From: Bacteriovoracaceae bacterium
Lineage (GTDB): Bacteria; Bdellovibrionota; UBA1018
Assembly (NCBI GenBank): GCA_947447665.1
Contig: CANFJX010000009.1
Location: forward strand, 20,301-84,300
Direction of reading: 5' to 3'
DNA: 64,000 nt
Both the position numbers and the translations under genes were made by a program. Below the pieces are notes generated by a model, which ran no database searches, had not been told where the DNA came from, and saw only the letters and a list, made by a program, of their open reading frames with translations. Position 1 is the first letter of the stretch. Each line of letters begins with the position of its first letter. Positions 42,747-52,213 of the stretch are shown here, piece by piece.

Positions 42747-42977
42747 AGAAAGGCTTCCCTAGGTAATTTACAGTTCTTTGGTCCGTGAGGTTAAAAATAA
42801 AACAATCCATTTTACCGTGGTCCAGAAAATACTTTACGGCGCGGAATCAAAATCTTAAACGCCCTAAAATACTTTATGGAGCACCGGATACCAAATGATT
42901 ACCTGGGTCACTATGGAATCCCGCTCCAGAAAAGCGAGTGAGTCGAGAAGAACGGGCTCAGACGACCAGACTGCCGT

Positions 42978-43235
42978 TTAGGCTGCTGGATAAACGGAAA
43001 CTTGCTTACGCTTTCTGTCGTATCTTTCGAAGGTCACTACGCCCTCGATCAATGCGTAAAGGGTAAAGTCACGACCGAGACCGACATTGCGGCCTGGGTG
43101 AAACTTGGTGCCTACCTGGCGAACTAAAATTTCACCAGTGTTGACCACCTGTCCGCCGTAACGCTTAACGCCGCGCATTTTTGGATTACTATCGCGACCG
43201 TTTCTAGAACTACCACCTGCTTTTTTATGTGCCAT
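42978..43235 (-). CDS. rpmA: 50S ribosomal protein L27
   Basis: [29 protein letters not shown] is the canonical L27 N-terminus. AAGAGGA RBS. Confidence 0.95.
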   Translation of the reverse strand: MAHKKAGGSSRNGRDSNPKMRGVKRYGGQVVNTGEILVRQVGTKFHPGRNVGLGRDFTLYALIEGVVTFERYDRKRKQVSVYPAA

Positions 43236-43350
43236 GGCTTAAAATCCTCTTAAAATCTTTCAAATAAAACTAACTGAACGAATTGATTCATTACGCTTAC
43301 GTCGGATTGCTCCTCTTGGCAAGGAGATACAATCTTTCCGGGCGCGCTCT

Positions 43351-43824
43351 TTAGACTGCGCTTTTTTGAGCAGCAGCTAGTCTCTTACGTGAGCCTAGGA
43401 TCGGCTGAGTAGAAGCGGGTCCCTTAGGTTTTAAGTGAGACTGGAACTTAGCTAGTTTCTCAGCTTTTTCCTCAGCAGTCAGAGCTACTTGATCCCCTGA
43501 TCCACTATTTACAGCGGTGACCAAGAGTTGGGTGTAGTTCTGGCGATGCCCTTGAGTGCGTCGATACTGCTTACGGCGCTTCATCTTGACGATCAAAATT
43601 TTCTCGCCTCTGCCTTGTCCCACGACTTCCCCTGTGACTTGAGCGCCTTGAACGTAAGGCTTACCCAGAGTAATCTGGGAGCTTTCAGTTCCGGGCTTGC
43701 TCAAAAAGAGAACGTGACTAAAAGTCATGGCTGAACCCACTTCGCCTTCCTGCTTTTCAATCTGCAGGATGTCGCCGGGTTGAACACGATATTGCTTTCC
43801 ACCTGATTCAATAACTGCGTACAT
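43351..43824 (-). CDS. rplU: 50S ribosomal protein L21 with a ~53-aa Lys/Ala-rich C-terminal extension
   Basis: MYAVIESGGKQYRVQPGD is the canonical L21 N-terminus. The conserved core ends near residue 104, and the tail runs to residue 157. I see no obvious SD upstream. Confidence 0.9.
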   Translation of the reverse strand: MYAVIESGGKQYRVQPGDILQIEKQEGEVGSAMTFSHVLFLSKPGTESSQITLGKPYVQGAQVTGEVVGQGRGEKILIVKMKRRKQYRRTQGHRQNYTQLLVTAVNSGSGDQVALTAEEKAEKLAKFQSHLKPKGPASTQPILGSRKRLAAAQKSAV

Positions 43825-44095
43825 AGACGGTGGAAACTGCCTTAAAGTGGTAGAGGTGTCAAGGGGTTTTGCAATGTGTTTTGGATTTCATTCGTTTACT
43901 GGGACGCGAATGTTAAGTAATTGAGGCCTTGAGTTAGTCTGAGCGTGTTTTAACCCGTGATACAGGTCTCCCTGGGGTTACGGGGGAGGAGTTGGGTGGG
44001 CGCTGAGGCTTGGTGCGGTGCAGAGCTAACCTCCCAAAAATACTGCCCTCAATTGCCCGGAGCGCGTCTTTAAGCTGTGAGAGAGGCCCTCTAAT

Positions 44096-44539
44096 CTAGG
44101 GGAGGTGGATCTGGGTTCTGTCAAAGGCGCTAGGGAAAAGCTCCGCAAATGATAGAGCGAAATATTCTCCCTCAAGATTGGCTGTATAGACTTGCGTGTC
44201 TTGAGCAAATTCGGCGATGACTTGTCGGCACATTCCACAGGGTGACCAGGGAGGATTGGAGTCGGTCACCACCATCACCTCAGCAATCACTAATTTCCCC
44301 TCGACCTCGCTGGCGGCTTTTTGGATCGCAACTCGCTCGGCGCAGACGGTTGCACCGTAAGAGGCGTTTTCTACATTACAGCCGCTCCAGGTGCGCCCAT
44401 CGTGGATGCGGATCGCTGAGCCTACTGCATAACCACTGTAAGGCGAGTAGGAGTGAGAGCGAGCTAATTTGGCCTGCTCATACAGGTCTTGGAGTCGCTG
44501 AGGTGCCTGCTCGATTCTGAGTTTTGATGAGGGCTTCAA
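44096..44539 (-). CDS. cdd: Cytidine deaminase (small tetrameric type)
   Basis: Zn-binding motifs CAERVAI and PCGMCRQ. 147 aa. Confidence 0.85.
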   Translation of the reverse strand: MKPSSKLRIEQAPQRLQDLYEQAKLARSHSYSPYSGYAVGSAIRIHDGRTWSGCNVENASYGATVCAERVAIQKAASEVEGKLVIAEVMVVTDSNPPWSPCGMCRQVIAEFAQDTQVYTANLEGEYFALSFAELFPSAFDRTQIHLP

Positions 44540-45387
44540 GCGTTTGCCTTCACTGTGTGGGTCAGTTTAGGAAGGGTAGAGAGAATTAGATTCTTCATTT
44601 TTTCTGCCGCCTGGTTCGATGTATCAATCACTTCTTGATGGCTTAATTTGTGGGGCGATAACCCTGCTGCTAGGTTGGTGATGCAGCTCAATCCTGCGAC
44701 CCTGACTCCGAGGTGATTTGCAGCAATACTTTCTGGAACTGTGGACATCCCGACGGCATCCGCTCCCAAAGTTCTCAGCATGCGCACTTCGGCAGGGGTC
44801 TCGTAAGTAGGGCCGAGGAGTCCAGCGTAGGTGCCTGTTTGAAAGTTGATATTGAGTTCTTCCGCCGTTTTTTTGAAGGCGTCCAGGCATCCTCGATGAT
44901 AAGCTTCGGAGAGATCTGGGAACCGCGGACCCAGCTGACTAAGGTTAGGACCTTTGAGAGGGTTGTCTCCCATGAGATTCAAGTGATCTTCGATGAACAT
45001 AAGATCCCCCGGGCGGAATCGTGTGTTGATTCCTCCTGCTGCGTTGGTGAGAACTAAAGTGTGGATCCCGAGTCCGCAGATAGTGCGGGTTGGAAATACA
45101 ACGTCCTCCATCGAGTGACCTTCATACAAGTGAAAGCGTCCCTGCAGTAAAACGACTGGAATTCCGTTCATTTTGCCGATGATCATCTTACCGGCGTGTC
45201 CCTCGATCGAGGGGCTCTGGAAATGGGGGATTTGGGAATACGAAAGGCTCACGGCATCGGTGACGTTCTCAGCAATTGAGCCTAGGCCCGATCCAAGAAT
45301 CAAGCCAATGGCTGGTTGAATTTGAGTTTGTTTCTGAATGGACTCAACGGCTTCTCGTATTTTTTTGTAGATAGTCATTTGTGACAT
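44536..45387 (-). CDS. punA: Purine nucleoside phosphorylase (trimeric PNP family)
   Basis: Motifs LGSGLGS, HAGKMIIG, LQGRFHLYEG, VGMSTVPE. 4-nt overlap with the cdd start. Confidence 0.8.
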   Translation of the reverse strand: MSQMTIYKKIREAVESIQKQTQIQPAIGLILGSGLGSIAENVTDAVSLSYSQIPHFQSPSIEGHAGKMIIGKMNGIPVVLLQGRFHLYEGHSMEDVVFPTRTICGLGIHTLVLTNAAGGINTRFRPGDLMFIEDHLNLMGDNPLKGPNLSQLGPRFPDLSEAYHRGCLDAFKKTAEELNINFQTGTYAGLLGPTYETPAEVRMLRTLGADAVGMSTVPESIAANHLGVRVAGLSCITNLAAGLSPHKLSHQEVIDTSNQAAEKMKNLILSTLPKLTHTVKANA

Positions 45388-45401
45388 GAGTGGATCCTTG
45401 G

Positions 45402-46727
45402 TTAATCTTTGATTTGTTCTAAAATAAGTTTGGGGACGGGTTTCTTGGCGGCGGAGATTTGCACCGATTGGGCGACTCGCTCCATGAGTGGATCGAGTTC
45501 GGCATCGTTCCGGGCATAAACCGTAACAACGGGTTCTCCTACTTTGATTTTTGCGCCTAACTTTTGGTGAAAAACGAGACCGACGGTGGGATCGATCTGG
45601 TCTGAAGCAACTTTTCTGCCTCCCCCCAGTTCAATCAGAATGCGGCCGAGAGACTCTGTGTTCATTTTAACGATGTATCCGGATTTTTTAGCGGTGTAGA
45701 CTTTTTTCTGCGGCGCAAGTGGGATCGCTTGGGGGTTTTCGATTGCTTCGAGATTTCCGCCTTGTTCGCGCACCAGCTCCCGAAAGACTTTCCATGCGCT
45801 GCCGTCGGCGAGCCGACTGTGAGCTAGTCTTCGCCCTTCGGTTAGATTTCGTGTGACTTTCCCTAATTCTAGCATTTGAGCGCAGAGCTGAATCGTGAGC
45901 TCCTTAAGGTCGGCAGAGCAGAGGTCGGCCTGCTTTTCATTTTTTAGGACCTCGATGGACTCCTTTAGTTCGATCGCATTTCCAGCGGAATAGCCCAGGG
46001 GCTGGTCCATATTCGTGAGGACGGCTCTCGTGGGGAGATTCATGATTTTTGCGACTTGAATCAGCGTTTTTGCCAAAGACCGAGCTTGCTTGCTACTTTT
46101 CATGAAGGCGCCGTTACCGACTTTGACATCGAGAACGAGGGCTTCGGTTCCTTCGGCTATTTTTTTTGATAGAATCGATGCGACAATGAGGGGAATACAT
46201 TCGACCGTGGCTGTAACGTCACGAAGAGCATAGAGCTTTTTGTCGGCTGGACAAATGAGACTGGTTTGACTGGTCATGGCGCATCCTACGCGGGCCAGAG
46301 TTTCGATAAACTGTTCGCGCGTCAGGTGAATGTTGAAGCCTGGGATGGCTTCAAGTTTATCAATTGTTCCGCCACTATGACCGAGTCCTCGACCTGACAT
46401 CATGGGTACTTTGAGGCCACAAGCAGCAGCTAAAGGCGCTAAAATGAGAGAAACTTTATCACCTACTCCGCCAGTCGAATGTTTGTCGACTTTGATTCCG
46501 GTGACCTTTGATAAGTCATATCGCACCCCACTGTTAAGCATCGCTTCGGTGAGTGCGACCGTTTCATTCAAAGACATTCCCTTGAGGTAGACCGCCATGA
46601 GGAAAGCGCTTGCTTGGTAGTCAGCAACACTCCCGCCTGTGACTCCTTGAATAAACTCGAGGATCTCCTTATGTTCGAGTTCTTTGCCATCTCTCTTTTT
46701 CTGAATGGTCCAGGCTGGGGAGTTCAT
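45402..46727 (-). CDS. deoA: Thymidine/pyrimidine-nucleoside phosphorylase
   Basis: 441 aa. Motifs VDKHSTGGVGDKVSL, MSGRGLGHSGGT and LRDVTATV. Confidence 0.85.
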   Translation of the reverse strand: MNSPAWTIQKKRDGKELEHKEILEFIQGVTGGSVADYQASAFLMAVYLKGMSLNETVALTEAMLNSGVRYDLSKVTGIKVDKHSTGGVGDKVSLILAPLAAACGLKVPMMSGRGLGHSGGTIDKLEAIPGFNIHLTREQFIETLARVGCAMTSQTSLICPADKKLYALRDVTATVECIPLIVASILSKKIAEGTEALVLDVKVGNGAFMKSSKQARSLAKTLIQVAKIMNLPTRAVLTNMDQPLGYSAGNAIELKESIEVLKNEKQADLCSADLKELTIQLCAQMLELGKVTRNLTEGRRLAHSRLADGSAWKVFRELVREQGGNLEAIENPQAIPLAPQKKVYTAKKSGYIVKMNTESLGRILIELGGGRKVASDQIDPTVGLVFHQKLGAKIKVGEPVVTVYARNDAELDPLMERVAQSVQISAAKKPVPKLILEQIKD

Positions 46728-46749
46728 TTAACACCGTTTTGAAGCATCA

Positions 46750-48015
46750 TCATTGGGTGCTCATTGAATTCAGAAAAGAAGTTCCGACTAATTCAGCTTC
46801 TTGAGGGGGGGTGCCCACAAGAGCATGAACCACAGTAGCTCCCACGTCTCCAAAACTGGTGCGGACTCCTAAGTCGATAGGGCCCGGACGACTCGCGTTT
46901 TGAGCGGAGTGTTGTGACTGAGTGTAAGCTAGCAGGGGGATGTATTCACGAGTGTGGTCCGTGCCTGGATAGGTTGGATCGTTGCCGTGGTCAGATGCGA
47001 TCAGAATTAAATCCTCGGGCCTCATTGCCTCTTGAATAGCTGGAAGCGCGCGGTCGAATTCTTCCAAAGCGTTTCCAAATCCGACGACATCTCTCCGATG
47101 GCCGTAGAGCATGTCAAAATCAATTAGATTGCAGAAGATTAGGCCATTAGGAACGGTTTTCATCTGCTCGATTAAAACCCGAATGCCGTCCGTGTTTCCG
47201 TGCGTATCAATATTTTTTTGAATTCCTTGAGCCGCGTAAATATTGGAAATTTTTCCGACGCCCAAAGTGGGGACGCCTGCCTTGACTAGGAGGTCTAAAA
47301 AGGTATCTGTGCCGGGGAGTTGGGCATAGTCTTTTCGGTGATAAGTTCGCTCAAATGGTTTGCCTTCGAGAGGGTTTCCGATGAAGGGCCGTGCGATGAC
47401 TCTTCCGATTTGCAGTTCGTCGCAGATTTTACGAGCAGATTTGCAAACATCGTAGAGCCGTTCGAGCCCAAACGATTCTTCATGAGCAGCTACCTGCCAA
47501 ACACTATCTGCGCTAGTATAGAGGATGGGTTTACCGGTTCGAAGGTGCTCGGTGCCTAGCTCTTCGATGATCGTAGTGCCGCTGGCGGCATGATTGGCCA
47601 GGACTCCAGGTAGATGGTTTTCAGCGACCCATCGATCGACAATCGCTTGAGGAAATCCATTTGGAAAAGTGACAAACGGCTTTTTCAAGACGAGTCCTGC
47701 CATTTCCCAGTGGCCCGATGTCGTGTCTTTGCCTGCAGAAAGTTCACAAGCCTTCCCAAATGCTGCCGTTGGCGAGCCTGCTGTCGTTGGGGGAACGCCT
47801 AAAATCGAAGTAATGTTGCCCAGTCCCCAGGCCTGAAGATGCGGTAGTTGGAGGGTTCGTCCAGTTTTTTGAGAAAACGCTCGGGCAAGATTTCCTAGAG
47901 TATTTGAGCCTGTATCTCCGTAATTTGCGGAATCGGGCAATTCGCCAGCACCGACTCCATCCAGAACAATCCAGATGACTCTTTTGAAAGATCCCTTATT
48001 TTTGGTAGTCAACAT
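46750..48015 (-). CDS. deoB: Phosphopentomutase
   Basis: Metal-site motifs IVLDGVGAGELPD, SGHWEM and ASDHGNDPT. Confidence 0.85.
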   Translation of the reverse strand: MLTTKNKGSFKRVIWIVLDGVGAGELPDSANYGDTGSNTLGNLARAFSQKTGRTLQLPHLQAWGLGNITSILGVPPTTAGSPTAAFGKACELSAGKDTTSGHWEMAGLVLKKPFVTFPNGFPQAIVDRWVAENHLPGVLANHAASGTTIIEELGTEHLRTGKPILYTSADSVWQVAAHEESFGLERLYDVCKSARKICDELQIGRVIARPFIGNPLEGKPFERTYHRKDYAQLPGTDTFLDLLVKAGVPTLGVGKISNIYAAQGIQKNIDTHGNTDGIRVLIEQMKTVPNGLIFCNLIDFDMLYGHRRDVVGFGNALEEFDRALPAIQEAMRPEDLILIASDHGNDPTYPGTDHTREYIPLLAYTQSQHSAQNASRPGPIDLGVRTSFGDVGATVVHALVGTPPQEAELVGTSFLNSMSTQ

Positions 48016-48022
48016 GTCAAAC

Positions 48023-48715
48023 TCACTCTCTTGGGGTAGATGGTTGGATCATTGATACACTCGCAGAAGCACCAATTCGGTTGGCTCCTGCTTCGATCAT
48101 TTTAAGGGCGTCCTCGCGGGTGCGAATTCCACCGGAAGCTTTCACTCCTACATTAGGACCTACAATTTTTCTCATAAGCTCAACGTCGCTGACAGTTGCG
48201 CCTCCCGAGCCAAAACCCGTGGAAGTTTTAACGAAGGCCGCTCCGGCAGCTTTGGCTAGAGCACATCCGATGATTTTTTGTTCTTGAGTGAGGGCGCTCG
48301 TTTCTAGAATGACTTTGACCGTAAAAGGTTTTGCTGCTTCAACTACGGCGCGAATGTCCTCAAAAACAAGTGCGTAATCGTGACCTTTGAGTGCTCCGAG
48401 TTGAATAACCATATCTATTTCTTGGGCCCCTGCTCTGATTGCCTCTCGGGTTTCGAAGGCCTTCGCTGCGGAGGAGCTCGCTCCTAGCGGAAAACCGACG
48501 ACCGCAATGGGTAGAACGGTTGAGCCTTTTAGGAGTTCTGCTGCAATGCCTACCCAGGCTGAGTTGACGCAAACCGTGGCGAACTGATACTGGCGAGCTT
48601 CTTCGCAAAGGGTAGTTATTTCGTCCAGGGTAGCGTCTGGCTTGAGTAGTGTGTGGTCGATGAACCGGGCGAGATTTTCGTTTAATGAAGAGGGAGCGAC
48701 GAGGGAAGAGGCCAT
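48023..48715 (-). CDS. deoC: Deoxyribose-phosphate aldolase
   Basis: [11 protein letters not shown], the Schiff-base lysine region AFVKTSTGF, and VKASGGIRT. Confidence 0.85.
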   Translation of the reverse strand: MASSLVAPSSLNENLARFIDHTLLKPDATLDEITTLCEEARQYQFATVCVNSAWVGIAAELLKGSTVLPIAVVGFPLGASSSAAKAFETREAIRAGAQEIDMVIQLGALKGHDYALVFEDIRAVVEAAKPFTVKVILETSALTQEQKIIGCALAKAAGAAFVKTSTGFGSGGATVSDVELMRKIVGPNVGVKASGGIRTREDALKMIEAGANRIGASASVSMIQPSTPRE

Positions 48716-49184
48716 GGGTTTGGTTTCCTGTAGTCTACGGAATGCTGGAGTTTAATTGACAGTCTTACCCCGGTAGCCTTCCTACTTTTTACTTGAAGTG
48801 TCAAGATGGATTCGTTAGGCTTAGGGACAAAATGAGTAGGTGATCAATCTGGGATGTAACTCCCAATTTTGAGTGATCATCACCTTTTATTCAGAAGGTT
48901 GAATAAAAGCAGATTTTGTAAGTTATTGTATTTGCGAAGTTTTAACGCACAAAGATCCGGGAGATCAAATTTTTGGAAACCCGTGGCATCGAAGCCACTG
49001 TGGAAAAGGTTTGGGAGCATTAAGTTGCCCCGAAATAGTCACTCTATGAAGAATCAGATTTACTTTCATGTGTCGCAAAAAGTCTGCCCAGTTTGGGGCA
49101 GGCAACCTTCCACGTTGCGTTTTGTTTGCCGTTAGGTTTCCCTAGCTAGGTAAACTCGATTTACCTTTTTGTTTGGGAGAGTCC

Positions 49185-52100
49185 ATGTCGAATGAATTAA
49201 TTATTAATGCATCATTGCCCGAAACCCGCATCGCACTGATGGAAAATGGGGAAATTCAAGAGTTACTGATCGAAAGAGCATCAGGAAAGGGAATTGTCGG
49301 AAATATTTACAAGGGGCGCGTGACGCGAGTTCTTCCTGGGATGCAGGCAGCATTTGTGGATATTGGGCTAGAGAAAGCCGCCTTCCTTTATGTTGATGAT
49401 GTTTACGTTCACTCTGAAGTTTGGGAAGATGAAGAAGACGGGGATGAACAAGATGGCGAGGTGGTTAAAAAGCCAATTCAAGTCATCAGCCCAGTTTCAA
49501 GCCAAGGTTTGGCGAGTTCTTTATCGAGTCCAGTTCCTACTCCCTTAGAAGGTGAACAGACTCCAGGCAGCGAAAGTCAGTCTGAAGAAGCCGAAGTACA
49601 AGGTCCCTCAGATCGCACAGAGGGATCTACCTGGGAAGCTCCCTCGATCGAAGACCAAGAGGGGCAATGGTCTAAGTCGTCTATTTCTGAGAGCGACGAG
49701 CTGGAAGATGATTTTGATGACGAAGGTCTCGCTATCAGTGGGTTAGACCCCGAAGAGGACGATGATTCGGAAGGATCTGGGAATCCAGTAAAAATGGATG
49801 CCGATCCGAAAGATTCTGATCAAGGTGGTGACGAAAGCTCCGAAGATGGTGAGAGCTCCGAAGGTAAGGGGGCAGGCGATTTGCCAGAGGGGACGATTGC
49901 ACCTGAAGGTTCAGGCGAAGATTCGGATCCGGAGGCTACTCCAGGGGCCCCAAGAAAAAGACATAAAAGAGGCAGAAGAGGCGGACGTTTCAGAAGGAAG
50001 GGTTCGGCTCAAGAACCGTTAGCTCCTAAGGTCGCTCAAGAAAGCTACCCAGAAAACTATCATGAGCAGGTGGCTGATCCAGGAAACCCAGCTTCGGATC
50101 GTTCGGGAATTAGTACTGAAGCAACCACGGCTGGAGCAGATGAACAGGGTCCTGAAGCAGGAAGGCCTGAGGAAATGCCACGGTCGGCTGTCGCAGAGCG
50201 CCGGGTTGTGAGCCCTGTGGGGGATCGCCCGGAGTTTAAGGCGCCTCGTGCTCGGGACCGACGAATTAAACAGAAAACGATTGCTCGTCCAGTTCGTAGC
50301 CAGGTTAATATTCAGGACTTATTGAAAGAGGGACAGGAAGTTTTAGTTCAGGTAGCGAAAGATCCGATTGCTACTAAGGGTGCTCGACTAACCTGCCATA
50401 TTAGTCTCCCTGGACGTCATTTGGTTTGCATGCCGACGATTGATCACGTGGGAGTCTCTCGACGGATTGAGCGAGATGAAGAGAGACGACGGCTGCGTGA
50501 GTATGTTGAGCGAAATCGACCTAGAAATTTAGGCTTCATTGTTCGCACTGCCAGTGGAAAGCAGCAGTCAGAGAAAAGAATCAAACAGGACATTGAGTAC
50601 CTCACTCGTCTTTGGACTGAAATTCGTGAGAAGGCTGCAACTCTTACGGCGCCATCCTTGGTCTATGAAGATTTGAACTCCGTCCTGAGAGCGGTTCGTG
50701 ATTGGGTCACCGAGGAAATCGACAAGGTGATCGTGGATTCGCGATATCACTATAATGACGTCTTGAGATTTGTCTCGCATTTCATGCCTTCATTAAAGAA
50801 CAAGATCGAACTCTATCACGGCGATATCCCGATCTTTGACGCTTACGGGATTTCGACTGAGCTCTCCAGGGCGCTTGAAAGAAAAGTCTGGCTGAAGTCG
50901 GGTGGATACATTGTAGTCGACCAGGCAGAAGCGCTCGTTGCAATTGATGTGAACACTGGGCGGTATGTTGGGAAAAAGAACCTTGAAGATACGATTCTAA
51001 AAACCAATTTAGAGGCGGTTCAGGAAATTGCTTACCAACTCCGCTTAAGAAACTGTGGCGGCATTATTATTCTTGATCTGATTGACATGGAGAAGGAAGA
51101 GAATAAGCAGCGAGTTTACCGTGCTCTCGAAGAAGCGTTGATGAGGGATCGAGCACGACCTTCGATTTTAAAGATTTCAGAACTGGGCTTGATCGAGATG
51201 ACTCGAAAGCGCACTCGCGATACCATCGTTCGAACTTTATGTGATTCTTGCACTCATTGTGAAGGCAAAGGATTTATTAAGGGTAAGCTCACCGTGGCTT
51301 ACGAGGCTATGCGCGAGATCGAGCGAGCTGGGATTGAGCGAGATGTGAGCAAAATTTTGGTTCAAGCTCATCCCGACGTGATTGATATTCTCGCTATCGA
51401 TGAGCGAGAAACCCTCGATCAGTTGGAACGCCGTTATCGTAAACAAGTTTATCTCCAGGCTGTGACGGATTTCCATCCCGAGCAATTTGAAGTGACTGCA
51501 GATAAGGGAGAGCGAACTGAGAAGTCGCAGCCGAGTGAGTCCGGCGGAGACCGAAGCCGAGGACGAAACGCGGATCGGGGTCGAGATCGCGGCCGAGACC
51601 GAGAGAAGGACCGTGAACGGGACAAAGATCGGGATTCTAGCCGAGCTTCTGGACAGACGACCGGAGTAATTACTCCTGTGATTATTTCGCCGGTACTTGT
51701 GCCGATCCCGGTTGTCAGTCCTGTAGTAGCGGTTGCTATTCCAGTTCCGCTTCCCGTTTCTGAAGGTCAGGGAGTCTCCAGTTCTCAGGCGTCTCAAGAT
51801 GGCTCCTTTGATGAAGAAGACCGCCTTGCATTCTTGAGAGCTCAAGCAGCCCAAGACGCTGCTCTGGCTCGATTGGGTAATGGGAATGCGCACGCGCCTG
51901 CTGGGCGGACGCCGACGGATCATTCTAATCGAGGCGATCGAAGCGATCGAGGTGGGATGAACAATCGGGGTGGTCGTGGCCGAAGAGGTGGAAAATTTAA
52001 ACGCGGGCCAGAGCGAAATCGGGACCGCGGAGGGCAGAAAGCCTATAGTCCGCAACCCACAGTTAAGGGTCCGAGAGAAGTCGTCGCAAACACTACGGAA

Positions 52101-52190
52101 TCTCGATCGGCCACTTCGACCAGTGGTTCGGGTGAGAACACAGGTGGCGGCTCAGGCAACGGTGGGGATCAATCCCAGCCACCGGTATAA
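49185..52190 (+). CDS. rne: Ribonuclease E (RNase E/G family) with a split S1 domain and a long disordered C-terminal tail
   Basis: ATG at 49185 with a GGGAGAG RBS. S1 start: NIYKGRVTRVLPGMQAAFVDIGLEKAAFL. S1 end: LLKEGQEVLVQVAKDPIATKGARLT. DNase-I-like region: AIDVNTG and IIILDLIDM. Zn-link: CDSCTHCEGKG. The tail is RD- and RGG-rich. Confidence 0.85.
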   Translation: MSNELIINASLPETRIALMENGEIQELLIERASGKGIVGNIYKGRVTRVLPGMQAAFVDIGLEKAAFLYVDDVYVHSEVWEDEEDGDEQDGEVVKKPIQVISPVSSQGLASSLSSPVPTPLEGEQTPGSESQSEEAEVQGPSDRTEGSTWEAPSIEDQEGQWSKSSISESDELEDDFDDEGLAISGLDPEEDDDSEGSGNPVKMDADPKDSDQGGDESSEDGESSEGKGAGDLPEGTIAPEGSGEDSDPEATPGAPRKRHKRGRRGGRFRRKGSAQEPLAPKVAQESYPENYHEQVADPGNPASDRSGISTEATTAGADEQGPEAGRPEEMPRSAVAERRVVSPVGDRPEFKAPRARDRRIKQKTIARPVRSQVNIQDLLKEGQEVLVQVAKDPIATKGARLTCHISLPGRHLVCMPTIDHVGVSRRIERDEERRRLREYVERNRPRNLGFIVRTASGKQQSEKRIKQDIEYLTRLWTEIREKAATLTAPSLVYEDLNSVLRAVRDWVTEEIDKVIVDSRYHYNDVLRFVSHFMPSLKNKIELYHGDIPIFDAYGISTELSRALERKVWLKSGGYIVVDQAEALVAIDVNTGRYVGKKNLEDTILKTNLEAVQEIAYQLRLRNCGGIIILDLIDMEKEENKQRVYRALEEALMRDRARPSILKISELGLIEMTRKRTRDTIVRTLCDSCTHCEGKGFIKGKLTVAYEAMREIERAGIERDVSKILVQAHPDVIDILAIDERETLDQLERRYRKQVYLQAVTDFHPEQFEVTADKGERTEKSQPSESGGDRSRGRNADRGRDRGRDREKDRERDKDRDSSRASGQTTGVITPVIISPVLVPIPVVSPVVAVAIPVPLPVSEGQGVSSSQASQDGSFDEEDRLAFLRAQAAQDAALARLGNGNAHAPAGRTPTDHSNRGDRSDRGGMNNRGGRGRRGGKFKRGPERNRDRGGQKAYSPQPTVKGPREVVANTTESRSATSTSGSGENTGGGSGNGGDQSQPPV

Positions 52191-52213
52191 ATCACTTCGA
52201 GTGAGGAGTGCCT

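Noticed and set aside
48869-49135. 88-aa ORF in the rne upstream region
   Set aside because: It has a TTG start, no RBS and a highly basic low-complexity product. It lies in a region more plausibly acting as a structured leader. It cannot be supported as coding.
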